A stretch of 64,000 nt of DNA, taken from assembly GCF_030013205.1 (NCBI RefSeq), contig NZ_CP122649.1; one strand, written 5' to 3'. The translations under genes were made by a program, and so were the position numbers. Below, piece after piece: positions 16,972 to 27,396 of this stretch (positions are counted from its first letter, which is position 1; each line of letters opens with the position of its first letter). Source of the stretch: Escherichia coli. GTDB taxonomy: Bacteria; Pseudomonadota; Gammaproteobacteria; Enterobacterales; Enterobacteriaceae. Below the pieces are notes generated by a model. That model searched no databases and was not told the origin of the DNA. It saw nothing but the letters and a program-made list of their open reading frames with translations.

Positions 16972-17251
16972 GTTGGAGTCATTACCTTCAATACGTTGTA
17001 GCTTTTTCCTGAGCTCACGGATTTCAATTTGTTCCGGGGTAATGGGGGAGGCTTTTGGTGTTTTTCCCTGCCGCTCATCACGTAATTAATAGGCTGTATG
17101 TCTAACTTCTGGCCACAGATATAATCGAGCCAGCAGTGCTCGCCGCAGCCGAGCGACAGGGCGAAGCCCCGAGTGAGCGAGGAAGCACCATGGAACAGTA
17201 CTCATAAATTCTGCATACGCTCAATGCCTGCAAAATCACCTCCCCTAGGGG

Positions 17252-17268
17252 TTATCCACTTATCCACG
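17252..17268 (+). promoter_or_regulatory. Two overlapping DnaA boxes of ori2
   Basis: ttatccact + ttatccacg, followed by an AT-rich stretch with two agatct (GATC) sites, as in mini-F ori2. Confidence 0.75.
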
Positions 17269-17361
17269 GGGATATTTTTATAAGATCTTTTTAAATAGTT
17301 GTTAGATCTTTATTTTTAGAATGCCCACAGGCCTTTATCCATGCGGGTTCCAGAGAGGGAT

Positions 17362-17457
17362 CTGTGACAAAACGCCCTTTCAGTGTGACAAATCACCCTC
17401 AAATAGCCGCCCTTTCTGTGACAAGTTGCCCTTAACCCTGTGACAAATTGCCCTCAG
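17362..17457 (+). repeat. ori2 iterons (4 x ~19 bp RepE binding sites)
   Basis: ctgtgacaaaacgcccttt, gtgtgacaaatcaccctca, ctgtgacaagttgccctta, ctgtgacaaattgccctca. Confidence 0.85.
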
Positions 17458-17495
17458 GAAGCGTTGCTTTTCACAAAGTTATCCATCCCTGTTGA

Positions 17496-18308
<813 letters not shown>

Positions 18309-18620
18309 TTGAGGGTTATCTGTCACAGATTTAAGGGTGGTTCGTCACATTTGATCTGGAAGGTTGAGGGTTATCTGTCACAGATTTAAGGGTGGTTCGT
18401 CACATTTGATCTGGAAGGTTGAGGGTGATTTGTCACAGAAAGGGCGGCTATTTGAGGGTGGTTCGTCACATTTGATCTGGAAGGTTGAGGGTGATTTGTC
18501 ACAGTTTTGCTGTTCCCTCCCTGGCATCCTGCGCTTACTCATGGTTTTTTGGCTGTAACCGGTAGTGGAGCCAGAATTGAGGGCAATTTGTCATCCTATC
18601 CTGAGGGTAGTTTGTCACAC
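18309..18620 (+). repeat. incC-type iteron array (about 9 RepE iterons, includes a tandem 55-bp duplication)
   Basis: ttgagggttatctgtcacag at 18309 and 18364. ttgagggtgatttgtcacag at 18419 and 18485. t(t/a)agggtggttcgtcacat at 18331, 18386 and 18452. ttgagggcaatttgtcatcc at 18577. ctgagggtagtttgtcacac at 18601. Confidence 0.85.
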
Positions 18621-18696
18621 TAGATTTTCCCCCTCTTCCCGGGTAATGGTGCCAACTTACTGATTTAGTGTATGATGGTGTTTTTGAGGTGCTCCA

Positions 18697-18972
18697 GTGG
18701 CTTCTGTTTCTATCAGCTGTCCCTCCTGTTCAGCTACTGACGGGGTGGTGCGTAACGGCAAAAGCACTGCCGGACATCAGCGCTATCTCTGCTCTCACTG
18801 CCGTAAAACATGGCAACTGCAGTTCACTTACACCGCTTCTCAACCCGGTACGCACCAGAAAATCATTGATATGGCCATGAATGGCGTTGGATGCCGGGCA
18901 ACCGCCCGCATTATGGGCGTTGGCCTCAACACGATTTTCCGCCATTTAAAAAACTCAGGCCGCAGTCGGTAA
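18697..18972 (+). CDS. insA: IS1 InsA (copy 2)
   Basis: 91-aa ORF differing from copy 1 at two residues. Confidence 0.95.
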   Translation: MASVSISCPSCSATDGVVRNGKSTAGHQRYLCSHCRKTWQLQFTYTASQPGTHQKIIDMAMNGVGCRATARIMGVGLNTIFRHLKNSGRSR

Positions 18973-19394
18973 CCTCGCGCATACAGCCGGGCAGTGACGT
19001 CATCGTCTGCGCGGAAATGGACGAACAGTGGGGTTACGTCGGTGCTAAATCACGCCAGCTCTGGTTGTTTTACGCGTATGACAGGATACGGAGGACGGTT
19101 GTGGCGCACGTATTCGGTGAACGCACGTTGGCCACGCTGGAGCGTCTTCCGGGCCTGCTGTCGGCCTTTGAGGTCGTGGTATGGATGACGGATGACTGGC
19201 CGCTTTATGAATCACGCCTGAAGGGAAAGCTGCACGTTATCAGCAAGCGTTACACTCAGCGCATTGAGCGGCATAACCTGAATCTGAGACAGCATCTGGC
19301 AAGGCTGGGCAGGAAGTCACTGTCGTTCTCAAAATCGGTGGAGCTGCATGACAAAGTCATCGGGCATTATCTGACCATAAAACACTATCAGTAA
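18891..19394 (+). CDS. insB: IS1 InsB reading frame (copy 2)
   Basis: ORF track; A6C slippery site at 18948-18954. Confidence 0.9.
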   Translation: MPGNRPHYGRWPQHDFPPFKKLRPQSVTSRIQPGSDVIVCAEMDEQWGYVGAKSRQLWLFYAYDRIRRTVVAHVFGERTLATLERLPGLLSAFEVVVWMTDDWPLYESRLKGKLHVISKRYTQRIERHNLNLRQHLARLGRKSLSFSKSVELHDKVIGHYLTIKHYQ

Positions 19395-19803
19395 GTTGGA
19401 GTCATTACCCAGTAATGCGACAAATGCAATGAAAGAAGTAGCGAAAGTCCTTTTTTCAGCCCGAAGTGACCCGGAGCTCATGAAATTTATAATGGATTAT
19501 ATTAATAACCACAAACTGCATTGAAGGTAATTGCGGTGTATAAAACAAAGCCATTTTCGGCCAAAAAATGAGTCAGCTGAAGAAACGCTCGTTAATTCCG
19601 AATCCGTCCAGATTAATATGGCACACTGCTGGTGGAGGTTTTGGCAATCGGAAAAGTAACTTTTCACCCGTGTCTAATCATCATCGTTTTATCAATCCGC
19701 TCAGTTACGGTATTAAAATCTCACGAAAAATAGTCTTCTTATCGAAGTGTCATGCTGTCTTCGCCCGATATAGTGAAGGTATGTATTCAGCGGGGGCACT
19801 GAC

Positions 19804-20877
19804 ATGCGAAAGAGCTATACCTATGGGATTCCTTTCGGACTCCATCGCGAAACCGGACGGTTTCTGGACATCACGGAAGTCAGCAGAGGAAGCGCATGCA
19901 ACTGCATCTGTCCTGGGTGTCGTACGGATTTGATAGCCAGACAGGGAGAGGTCAAACTTTGGCACTATAGCCACAGTACCGATCTCCTCGGTGATTGTGA
20001 TGGCCTGATGGAGGCGATTCGGGGAAAAATTATTGAAATTATTCAGGAAAAACAACTTCTAGGATTCCCGCATCTTCTGGCCGGTTACGATGGAGGCACG
20101 GTCCCACTTGATGAAGTCAGCGGCAGCGGAAGCATGTTCGGCGCAACGGCAGATCTGTTTGTGAAGGTGAACGATCTCTGCGTAGCTGTGTTTCTGGACA
20201 TTGACCGCAGTGTGGCCGGGAAACTGACGTTCGACCATCTCCATGCCTCGGAGATGGTAGCTGCATTGCGCATTGATCTGCCGGATATAGAATACGAAAT
20301 CAGTCAGGTTCAGCTTGGTAGACGAGATGGTACCTACAGTGAATGTATCGAGAAAATCATCATTGATGCGACGGAGTCACGCGAATGGTTGTATCACCCC
20401 ATGATGCAGGAACTGGGGACCGAGCCCCTGAAGGTATATGAGGGCCGCGAGCCAGCGGAAGCAGGACCACTTCTACAACGCCTTTCCGACTGCCCCCTGA
20501 AGCTGCCGGACAACTTACCCCAGAGCATGAATGTGCTGATAAGAATGCAGCAGGCCACCATTGTGTGTTTGTGTCGGCTCACCGTCAGAGCTTCAGATAT
20601 CGCCCAGACCGACGAATTCCCGCTGTTTATGCGTTACTTCCGGCTGCATTGCCTCGACACCAGTGAGCATGTGAATTACGAGAAATTGCTTAACTGGCAG
20701 GACATGATTACAAAATCAAAGGAAGGGCAGTTACTAACGGTGGAGGAAAGGGATTATCTCCAGGAAATCGTCCGTATTGGTCTCTATAACCACCGGCTTA
20801 AAAGTGTCTGCCTGACGGCCTGCGAAGACAGTAGGGTGGGAGAATCTGAAGGACCAAACAATTACTCATTGCTCTGA
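19804..20877 (+). CDS. Zn-ribbon protein with CoiA-like / PD-(D/E)xK-like N-terminal region (357 aa)
   Basis: ACNCICPGCRTDLIARQGEVKLWHYSH...DCDGLMEAIRGKII followed by ADLFVKV..VAVFLDID. This resembles the C-x-C..CP-x-C..HFAH..E..K layout I associate with CoiA-type nucleases (recall only). Confidence 0.55.
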   Translation: MRKSYTYGIPFGLHRETGRFLDITEVSRGSACNCICPGCRTDLIARQGEVKLWHYSHSTDLLGDCDGLMEAIRGKIIEIIQEKQLLGFPHLLAGYDGGTVPLDEVSGSGSMFGATADLFVKVNDLCVAVFLDIDRSVAGKLTFDHLHASEMVAALRIDLPDIEYEISQVQLGRRDGTYSECIEKIIIDATESREWLYHPMMQELGTEPLKVYEGREPAEAGPLLQRLSDCPLKLPDNLPQSMNVLIRMQQATIVCLCRLTVRASDIAQTDEFPLFMRYFRLHCLDTSEHVNYEKLLNWQDMITKSKEGQLLTVEERDYLQEIVRIGLYNHRLKSVCLTACEDSRVGESEGPNNYSLL

Positions 20878-20954
20878 AGAGGGATGGGAAATTATGGGGG
20901 GACATGGAAGCGTGAAGAGAATAAACCTGTTCGCCTTAAACAGAAACAGGCTGT

Positions 20955-21098
20955 TCATTTCTTACATGTGAACAGAGTACCTATCATGATCAGACCGGTA
21001 ATATAAATTGGCACAGCCATCAAAACCAATCCCAGTGGTTCTTCTTTGGTAAAAGCATCCTGAATAAGTCCGTCTTCGCTTAAAGCTAATGGACGCAT
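20955..21098 (-). CDS. possible small membrane protein (47 aa), below the ORF-track cutoff
   Basis: Hand translation gives MRPLALSEDGLIQDAFTKEEPLGLVLMAVPIYITGLIMIGTLFTCKK. It has a C-terminal TM helix and sits 35 nt downstream of the 168-aa gene on the same strand. No clear SD. Confidence 0.3.
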   Translation of the reverse strand: MRPLALSEDGLIQDAFTKEEPLGLVLMAVPIYITGLIMIGTLFTCKK

Positions 21099-21133
21099 AC
21101 ATTAGCATTAAGGCGTAAGGTCTAATAACTGGA

Positions 21134-21640
21134 TCAGGAGTTTCGGATTTTTGCGCGGTAGGTGTGTTTGACCCTTTCAATTGTCGCAAGAGTTGAATTC
21201 CAGTAGCGTTCAGCGTCAGAACGATAAAGAGCAGCGATAGCCTCTATGGTTTTGGGGGAACAGGTTGCACTGCGATGCACACGGCCTGCCTGGCCAAAGA
21301 CATAGACAAGAATGGACTGGCTACCAGACCGGCCGAACAGGGAGTTGCAAAGCCGCTTCGCTGCGAGCGGTGTCAGATCGGGGGCGTCTTCCTGAGCGTT
21401 CTCGGGAACAACGAATTCCAGAATGAAGCGAAGCATCTCCGATGTCTTGAAACGCTTTACCGCCGCAGACAAACGGGCGGCACGCAGTGCAGTGTCCCAG
21501 TGGTCGCTGCTGAAATTGCGGAGCTCCGCGAGGTAATCCTCTTCCAGGCTTTCATCAGAATAATAAATGCTTTCGTAAAAGCGCTCTGCGGGTGATTGCG
21601 TCTTTTCCATTGGAGAAACCATTTTGCCTAATGTATGCAT
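21134..21640 (-). CDS. hypothetical protein (168 aa)
   Basis: ORF track; starts 3 nt after the stop of the upstream 95-aa gene. Confidence 0.55.
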   Translation of the reverse strand: MHTLGKMVSPMEKTQSPAERFYESIYYSDESLEEDYLAELRNFSSDHWDTALRAARLSAAVKRFKTSEMLRFILEFVVPENAQEDAPDLTPLAAKRLCNSLFGRSGSQSILVYVFGQAGRVHRSATCSPKTIEAIAALYRSDAERYWNSTLATIERVKHTYRAKIRNS

Positions 21641-21643
21641 ACG

Positions 21644-21931
21644 TTAGCATGTAGTGAAATTAAAACAAGGTAAAGACAAAGAACCGCATTCAGGCGTTTC
21701 CCGGAGTAAGCAGGTGGGCTGACAATTCGGCTGCGGTAATATCAAGAGCTCTGTTAATTGAGCGTTAAATGCCTCCCGCTCCAGTCCGGATTGGATGAGA
21801 AAGATCAGGGCCTTTTTCAGAACGGGCGGAATACTCGCAATGTCGAGGAGAATGTTGCCCTCAATAACATGATCGCAATTTTCAAAAAGGTGGGCGTAAC
21901 TCATTACGTGTATTCCATTTATCATTTTCAA
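21644..21931 (-). CDS. hypothetical protein (95 aa)
   Basis: ORF track; first gene of a small minus-strand operon. Confidence 0.5.
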   Translation of the reverse strand: MKMINGIHVMSYAHLFENCDHVIEGNILLDIASIPPVLKKALIFLIQSGLEREAFNAQLTELLILPQPNCQPTCLLRETPECGSLSLPCFNFTTC

Positions 21932-22289
21932 ATCGTGATAAAAATTAGATTACCAGAACGTCAGAAGCAAAAAAAAAGCATTAAGCAGAAATGTATGGTA
22001 TCCATCCTTCCTCCAGCTACCCTTGCGCCCTGATAATTTTATCCTGGGGGAGGGGGCATTGATCATTACATACCCGATCAGAAAAGCCGGGAACCAGAAT
22101 GTCACCCGGATATCGAAGATGCAACGATTCAATATTAGTGTATTTAGCGTCTCCTGGCAGCAAAGTCGGTCGGCCGGAACTGGTAAACTGTATTCCACCT
22201 CGCCCGGGCTGGCAGGCGACTGACGTCTTGTCGGTTCATAGCCGGTGGTCGCGTCTGACAAAACAGGCCCCTACAGTGTAAGGATTGTG

Positions 22290-22682
22290 ATGGACGATAA
22301 AGAGCAGTTTACGAGTCTCGTGGCAAAGCATGCCTCCAGATTCACCGAAGAGCAGCTGGCCGGGTATGATGCCTGTTCCCAGTATGGAGAATGCGTCTCG
22401 CCTTCATACGAAGTATTCCGGGGGTATCGTACCCGCCACACCCTGGATGAATTTCTGGAGCTGGCCATATCGCTGAATGCCATCCACCCGGATGAATATT
22501 TAACGGATATGCTGCTGAAGCCTCATGAGGTGATCGGTGCTCTGGCCGATGAAGGCGACCAGTTGAACAACGCCACCCCGGTTTATTTCTTCCCGGATAC
22601 CGGCGTCTATGCAGCGGCCGTCAGTGAAACCCGTGTGCTCGATGCCTGGCTTTGTTGGCCATGCTACCCGGCGAACTGGTAA
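22290..22682 (+). CDS. hypothetical protein (130 aa)
   Basis: Internal ATG of tracked ORF 22245..22682 with SD aagga. Confidence 0.5.
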   Translation: MDDKEQFTSLVAKHASRFTEEQLAGYDACSQYGECVSPSYEVFRGYRTRHTLDEFLELAISLNAIHPDEYLTDMLLKPHEVIGALADEGDQLNNATPVYFFPDTGVYAAAVSETRVLDAWLCWPCYPANW

Positions 22683-22750
22683 TGCGTCCGTTGGAATTGC
22701 ACCGGCAGGATACGAATTTAACCGACCCCGTGGCGGGAGGGTTATCACAA

Positions 22751-23002
22751 TTGCATGTCCTCATCCCTAAAGTCCCCTGCCAGACCCATACGTGCTGTCA
22801 GGCTTCGCCTGATTTGAGATCAGTGCAAATACTTCAGCCGATAACTTTTTGTTTTCTTTTTATTTTCTCCCTGTTTCCTCAAAATTCGCGTGGGGCCTGG
22901 TCAGGGCACGATTGTCACATAGGGTGTATTGAAGCGGGCTGGATGGTCGGGTGGGCACGACCTGGGTTTGAGTCGGACACTATGTGGGATGAGGACATGC
23001 AA
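22751..23002. repeat. 17-bp perfect inverted repeats bracketing a 218-bp segment
   Basis: ttgcatgtcctcatccc (22751-22767) is the exact reverse complement of gggatgaggacatgcaa (22986-23002). The pair lies in a ~770-bp stretch without a convincing gene. Confidence 0.8.
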
Positions 23003-23452
23003 AATATTCGCTTTATCTGTGAAAACTGTTGTCTCCGGGCAGTCACCAGTTCAAGTTACACCATCCACGTTAGCTTTTAATAAGAGTGGTTACGATGTTC
23101 AGTACTGAGAAAAAATCAGAGCATTTAGGTCAGATCATAGTGATTGATCCGGCGCTTCTTGGGCAGGGTATAGAGGTTGGCCCGGTCGTAGTGTTTGATT
23201 TGGGGCACGCCAGCAAAGGGGTTGCGGACTTGATGCGCGATGCTGAAAAGCTTGATGGTTTATCCCCAACGACAATAGCAAACAGACTTTCACGATGACC
23301 GAACAAGGTCGATTCGGGCAAGGCGGCGGAGGGGCACATCTCCCAATGATAATGAGGTTATGCAACCTGTTAGTCACCGGCTTGCCTGATGCTATGATTG
23401 ACATCTCTTTTGACCGGTCTGTATTTGAGCATTAATTCGTGAGGAATACGGT

Positions 23453-24658
23453 ATGCGCAGTGAAATACCTTCTGGTAGATTTTTTTGTTTGGATGAGTTT
23501 CACAATTTCCATATGAGCGATGATGTCCTTCGTGAAAGACTCCGTTCAATAGACGGCATCCCCGCTGTGAGCTATCAGGTAAATGGCGAAAATGTTTTTG
23601 TGTTCGAGAAACTTGTCCAGCTGGTAAAACAGAATGGCCACAACCTGGAATCAGCCTTAGCTCTCGTTCCGAAGGCAACAATGACCGCCGCAGAGGCTAT
23701 TGAAGCGTGGTCGGTATTCCCCGAGCCGTATTCTCGTGAGACCAATACAATCGACCATAGTCAGGCGATCTATCACCCCTATTTAAATGCGTATCTGCCC
23801 CGGAAATATCCCGACCGTGAATCCTGTAATGCGGATGCGGCCAGATTACTTCTCGGCAATCCTGTCGAGGGTGAGGGGGATTTTGTCTACAGGGGGCAGT
23901 CCATGGTCCTTCGCCAGCCCTTTACCCTGGACCGTCTTCCCCCACGACCTGAATGGGATGTGCCGGTGTCTGAAGATGCCAGTGCCTACACACATCTCTG
24001 GAACACGGATTTTGTCAGTGGCTTCGCACCGGTTACCGAATCACTGTTCAACGGGATAAAATCGGCGGAGTGGGAATGGAACCACGCTATCGCTGCGACA
24101 TACGCATACATGGGAAATCCGGAGTGTATCTCTTCGTTGTGGTCACGGGCGGGTGAGTTCGGACTGGAGCAGCTGGAGCTCAAATCCTGGGACGTTGACG
24201 AGCAAGATCCGGAACACTACCAGCAATTCCAGGCTCTTTACCCGGAGCTGTCCATGTTGTCCCCGGCAATTATCCAGAAAGCCTATGACGAGTATTGTGA
24301 ATCGATGTGGGAAAACCCTGAAAGGTGCGACGGGTTTCTGTATCACCTTATTGGCAGTACCGTCAGTTCGGATATCTCCCGCGACAACCCAGAAAAAACC
24401 GGCAGACTCATCGCTCACGCGTTACTGACGGGGGCCTCGATTGAGGATGCCTGTCGCTTTGCCTCAGAGGCTCAGCAGTTCGATACCGCTCTATCGGGAC
24501 TGGCTTACCAGGTAGCCGTGGCCATGAAATTTGTTGCCGGTGATTCTGCGGCCGTAAGGAATGAAGGCCATCCGGTCATTACACTTTCCGACTCCTTCCG
24601 TCTTATGAGAAAAGCAAATATTAACACCCTGACGGCCACACAGAACAACCGGAAATGA
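23453..24658 (+). CDS. hypothetical protein (401 aa)
   Basis: ORF track; SD gagga 8 nt upstream; no motif recognised. Confidence 0.65.
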   Translation: MRSEIPSGRFFCLDEFHNFHMSDDVLRERLRSIDGIPAVSYQVNGENVFVFEKLVQLVKQNGHNLESALALVPKATMTAAEAIEAWSVFPEPYSRETNTIDHSQAIYHPYLNAYLPRKYPDRESCNADAARLLLGNPVEGEGDFVYRGQSMVLRQPFTLDRLPPRPEWDVPVSEDASAYTHLWNTDFVSGFAPVTESLFNGIKSAEWEWNHAIAATYAYMGNPECISSLWSRAGEFGLEQLELKSWDVDEQDPEHYQQFQALYPELSMLSPAIIQKAYDEYCESMWENPERCDGFLYHLIGSTVSSDISRDNPEKTGRLIAHALLTGASIEDACRFASEAQQFDTALSGLAYQVAVAMKFVAGDSAAVRNEGHPVITLSDSFRLMRKANINTLTATQNNRK

Positions 24659-24827
24659 TGAGCACAAATCGATATGGATGCCGATATTAAGAACGATGAT
24701 TATGTTGACTGTCTCATTGAGCAGGTAACCGTATAGCGGACTGGAACACGAATGCTGATGCTCTACACCAGGCCTGCGGCGCCTTCGTAGATGCACCGCA
24801 TTCAAAACAAACGACAGGTGATAATTT

Positions 24828-25319
24828 ATGAAGTTGACAAAAATGATGGCGACCTTGTTCCTGCTTATTCCCTTGACATCTTTTTCGCAGGAATTGGGCC
24901 AGCGAATATCACAGGATGACAGTGCAGAACTGGCGAATAAGGCAGGTACAGCTTTGACAGAGATGCTTTTGCTAAAAGTTCAGCAATTGCCACAGGTGAA
25001 AAAGAACAGTGGAATGGACCTTGCGGCTGCAAATGACGCTGTTGCTTCCTTACTCAGCAAAGAGTTTTTCATTTTTAAACCAGTTGATGAAATCAGCATA
25101 AAAACCTCTGCTCAAAAATTAAAAGAGCTGAATGATGATGCCGACGCACTTGCTAAGGGGTACACCATCATTCAACCAGATGATGTCGGAAGCTCCTACA
25201 TTTCGTATAAGGTGACGTCCAGCTCTCGAACCTGCTTCATTCGCCTTTCAAAGGATCTGTCATCGTCATTAAATACCAGAATTGTAACTGTGAATAGCAT
25301 GGAGTGTTCGAACCCATAA
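24828..25319 (+). CDS. secreted hypothetical protein (163 aa, signal peptide)
   Basis: N-terminus MKLTKMMATLFLLIPLTSFSQE is typical of a Sec signal peptide. Confidence 0.6.
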   Translation: MKLTKMMATLFLLIPLTSFSQELGQRISQDDSAELANKAGTALTEMLLLKVQQLPQVKKNSGMDLAAANDAVASLLSKEFFIFKPVDEISIKTSAQKLKELNDDADALAKGYTIIQPDDVGSSYISYKVTSSSRTCFIRLSKDLSSSLNTRIVTVNSMECSNP

Positions 25320-25420
25320 ACCACGTTGACCGGCTAATTCACTTTACGGGGTAAATGAGTTGTGAAACCCATTTTATTTTCACCCTCAATTACAGAAATT
25401 CAAGCCGAATAGAGACTGTA

Positions 25421-25648
25421 ATGATTATTATCCTTGGTGTTCTGCTTTTATTGTCTCTTTTCTTCAATATCTGGTTTTGGGATCACTATATGCGTGTCAT
25501 TCCGTTATCAGCGGATAAAAGTAGCATGTTTGCTATCGCCTCCAGCTGTGAAAACCCTCGGTGGGTGCAAGAAGTTGAGAGCCGTGGGGGGATGACCCGT
25601 AAGGAATGGGCTGACTTTGTGGATCGAAATTTTAACCCTCCTAAATAG
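25421..25648 (+). CDS. small membrane protein (75 aa)
   Basis: Internal ATG of tracked ORF 25355..25648; N-terminal TM MIIILGVLLLLSLFFNIWFW. Confidence 0.45.
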   Translation: MIIILGVLLLLSLFFNIWFWDHYMRVIPLSADKSSMFAIASSCENPRWVQEVESRGGMTRKEWADFVDRNFNPPK

Positions 25649-25757
25649 AGTAAATTCCGATTGGCATTGTTGCAGGAATTATGGTGCCGCAGCTTATTGG
25701 GTGTTTGTCAATTGCCGGGAAGTATTCGCTGGCATATCACTTAAACGGGAGTAGTAA

Positions 25758-26564
25758 GTGAGAGAACCTCGTCCACGCCATACATTACAGGTAGTCTGTG
25801 TCCCGTCTCTGAATATACAGGATCTGGGGCTAACCAGTTTTCATAGCTGGCTCTTATCAAAAGGCTATGACACGACCAATGCCAGGAACAACCGTACTTG
25901 CTGGGCAAGGGAAGGTGGCTGGCACCTGAAGCGATGCAGACATCTGGCAACGGGCGAAGATCATTTCTGGTTTATCGCATTCAACGGTACCGGCGGCGAC
26001 ATTTTTCCTGTGAAAACCCAGCAGGACTACCGTGCTGCCTACCGCAAGCTTGAAGCGTATGGATATGCACCGGCCGTTATTGAACAATTGAACACAGGCG
26101 TTGCCTATAATCTTGCTTATTCACGGACACCGTTAAAACGCCCTGAGAGCGCCACCAGCGAACTGAAGCGAAAACCTGACGTGAATATTCAGGGTGAGCC
26201 TTGCGAACGCTTTGTGACCGAACGGAGCAGCGCAGCGCAGAATAAATTCAAAACCCTGCTCATTGAGAACTTCGCCGGTCGGTGTGCAGTCACTGGATGG
26301 GTTAATGGTGGTGTGCTGGTGGCGGCTCATATCGAGCATGGGACGCGCTACAACCCTTCGAACGGCATCCTGTTGACGCCGACAATGCACGCATTGTTTG
26401 ACGCGGATCTGATGGGTATAGACCCTTCAACACTCACCGTTCATTTTAAACCGGGCATCGAGGCGGGAGAGCTGTTTGAAGGAAAAACGCTCAATCCGTT
26501 GGTGTATGATCTGGATACCGACCGGCTGGCTGCTCGCTGGGCTGACTTTATAGGTGCCGAGTGA
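25758..26564 (+). CDS. HNH-domain endonuclease (C-terminal HNH_2-type domain)
   Basis: GTG start with SD gggag. C-terminal CAVTGWVNGGVLVAAHIEHG...NGILLTPTMHALFDADLMGID matches the C-x-x-TG...AAHI...NG-L-L...H-x-LFD pattern of HNH_2-type nucleases. The ~170-aa N-terminal domain is of unknown function. Confidence 0.75.
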   Translation: MREPRPRHTLQVVCVPSLNIQDLGLTSFHSWLLSKGYDTTNARNNRTCWAREGGWHLKRCRHLATGEDHFWFIAFNGTGGDIFPVKTQQDYRAAYRKLEAYGYAPAVIEQLNTGVAYNLAYSRTPLKRPESATSELKRKPDVNIQGEPCERFVTERSSAAQNKFKTLLIENFAGRCAVTGWVNGGVLVAAHIEHGTRYNPSNGILLTPTMHALFDADLMGIDPSTLTVHFKPGIEAGELFEGKTLNPLVYDLDTDRLAARWADFIGAE

Positions 26565-26681
26565 TTGATGGGAAATTCAGCCTATAACCGATGGCAGTGT
26601 TTTCGGGATGGACACCACTTACTGATGGGGGCTGGCTGCACGCCACCTTTATATTGAAATCCAACAGAGTTGATACAACAA

Positions 26682-27089
26682 ATGCAAAATTGCCTTTCGG
26701 GATATTTAAAAGCGACCATTGTTATTTTATCTGCGGGCCTGACAGGTTGCGACCTGGCAAATGGGACTGCGGAAAGTGGTGTGTATCAGAAATACACGAA
26801 TGGACCTTTCAAGGAACCGACTATCGTGATGAGTCCGGGCTGGCGGATGGATGACCACGGCAGGGAAGCACTAATATTCGGGAGCAGCCACTGCCCGGAT
26901 GTAAACGGCAATAATACGTCTGAGGGCGGCTGCGTCCTCATTGAGGAGCACTCTGCGACTGTCGCGGTCACTGTTGTTGATGCGACAAATCAGTCCCGTC
27001 GCCATGAAACCTGGACGATTGAACGTAAAAAGGATCGAGTTATAGTGAAGCGCCCGGATAACAGTTTTGTGATGCCCTGGGGAAAATAG
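26682..27089 (+). CDS. lipoprotein (135 aa)
   Basis: ATG inside tracked ORF 26670..27089; lipobox LSAGLTGC after a hydrophobic signal sequence. Confidence 0.6.
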   Translation: MQNCLSGYLKATIVILSAGLTGCDLANGTAESGVYQKYTNGPFKEPTIVMSPGWRMDDHGREALIFGSSHCPDVNGNNTSEGGCVLIEEHSATVAVTVVDATNQSRRHETWTIERKKDRVIVKRPDNSFVMPWGK

Positions 27090-27396
27090 CCAAGATACAA
27101 GATGACCACAAAAATGAATAAGCCGCAATGTTGTTTTGTGTGTTGAACGTCCTGATGGAGCCTTTGACATTTACACTGGCCGTTTTATACAGTTCCACCA
27201 AATTGACAACAGTAGAAGAAAAATTGTTGAAATAAGTGATCCTGACCTGGTGGGGATGACTTATTCAATCCCGATGGTTTTTAACGGAGGGAAGTTCAGT
27301 GGTCAAGGGGTTACCTGTCTCTCGCTCCCCGCAGTAACATTAATAAAAGTAACTTTTCCTTCCCGAACTTATCAGGAGGGGCAGGAACAAATCACA

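Larger units (their letters stand above)
16219..16986 (+). mobile_element. IS1 (768 bp), copy 1
   Basis: Terminal repeats ggtgatgctgccaacttactgat ... aagttggagtcattacc; insA/insB organisation; exact 768-bp length. Confidence 0.95.
18642..19409 (+). mobile_element. IS1 (768 bp), copy 2, diverged isoform
   Basis: Ends ggtaatggtgccaacttactgat ... aagttggagtcattacc. Same orientation as copy 1, but with many substitutions in insB and a variant left IR. Confidence 0.95.

Noticed and set aside
19568-19933. 121-aa ORF upstream of and overlapping the CoiA-like gene. Likewise 26591..26854, overlapping the lipoprotein gene.
   Set aside because: Neither has an SD. Both overlap better-supported genes in another frame and have unremarkable composition.
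22652-23080. 142-aa ORF spanning the inverted-repeat segment.
   Set aside because: It has an odd Cys/Trp-rich composition and no SD, and it overlaps the end of the 22290 gene. The inverted repeats are the more credible feature of this interval.
23086-23298. 70-aa ORF between the inverted repeats and the 401-aa gene.
   Set aside because: It has a GTG/ATG start with no convincing SD and overlaps opposite-strand ORFs of similar quality. It is left unannotated pending expression data.
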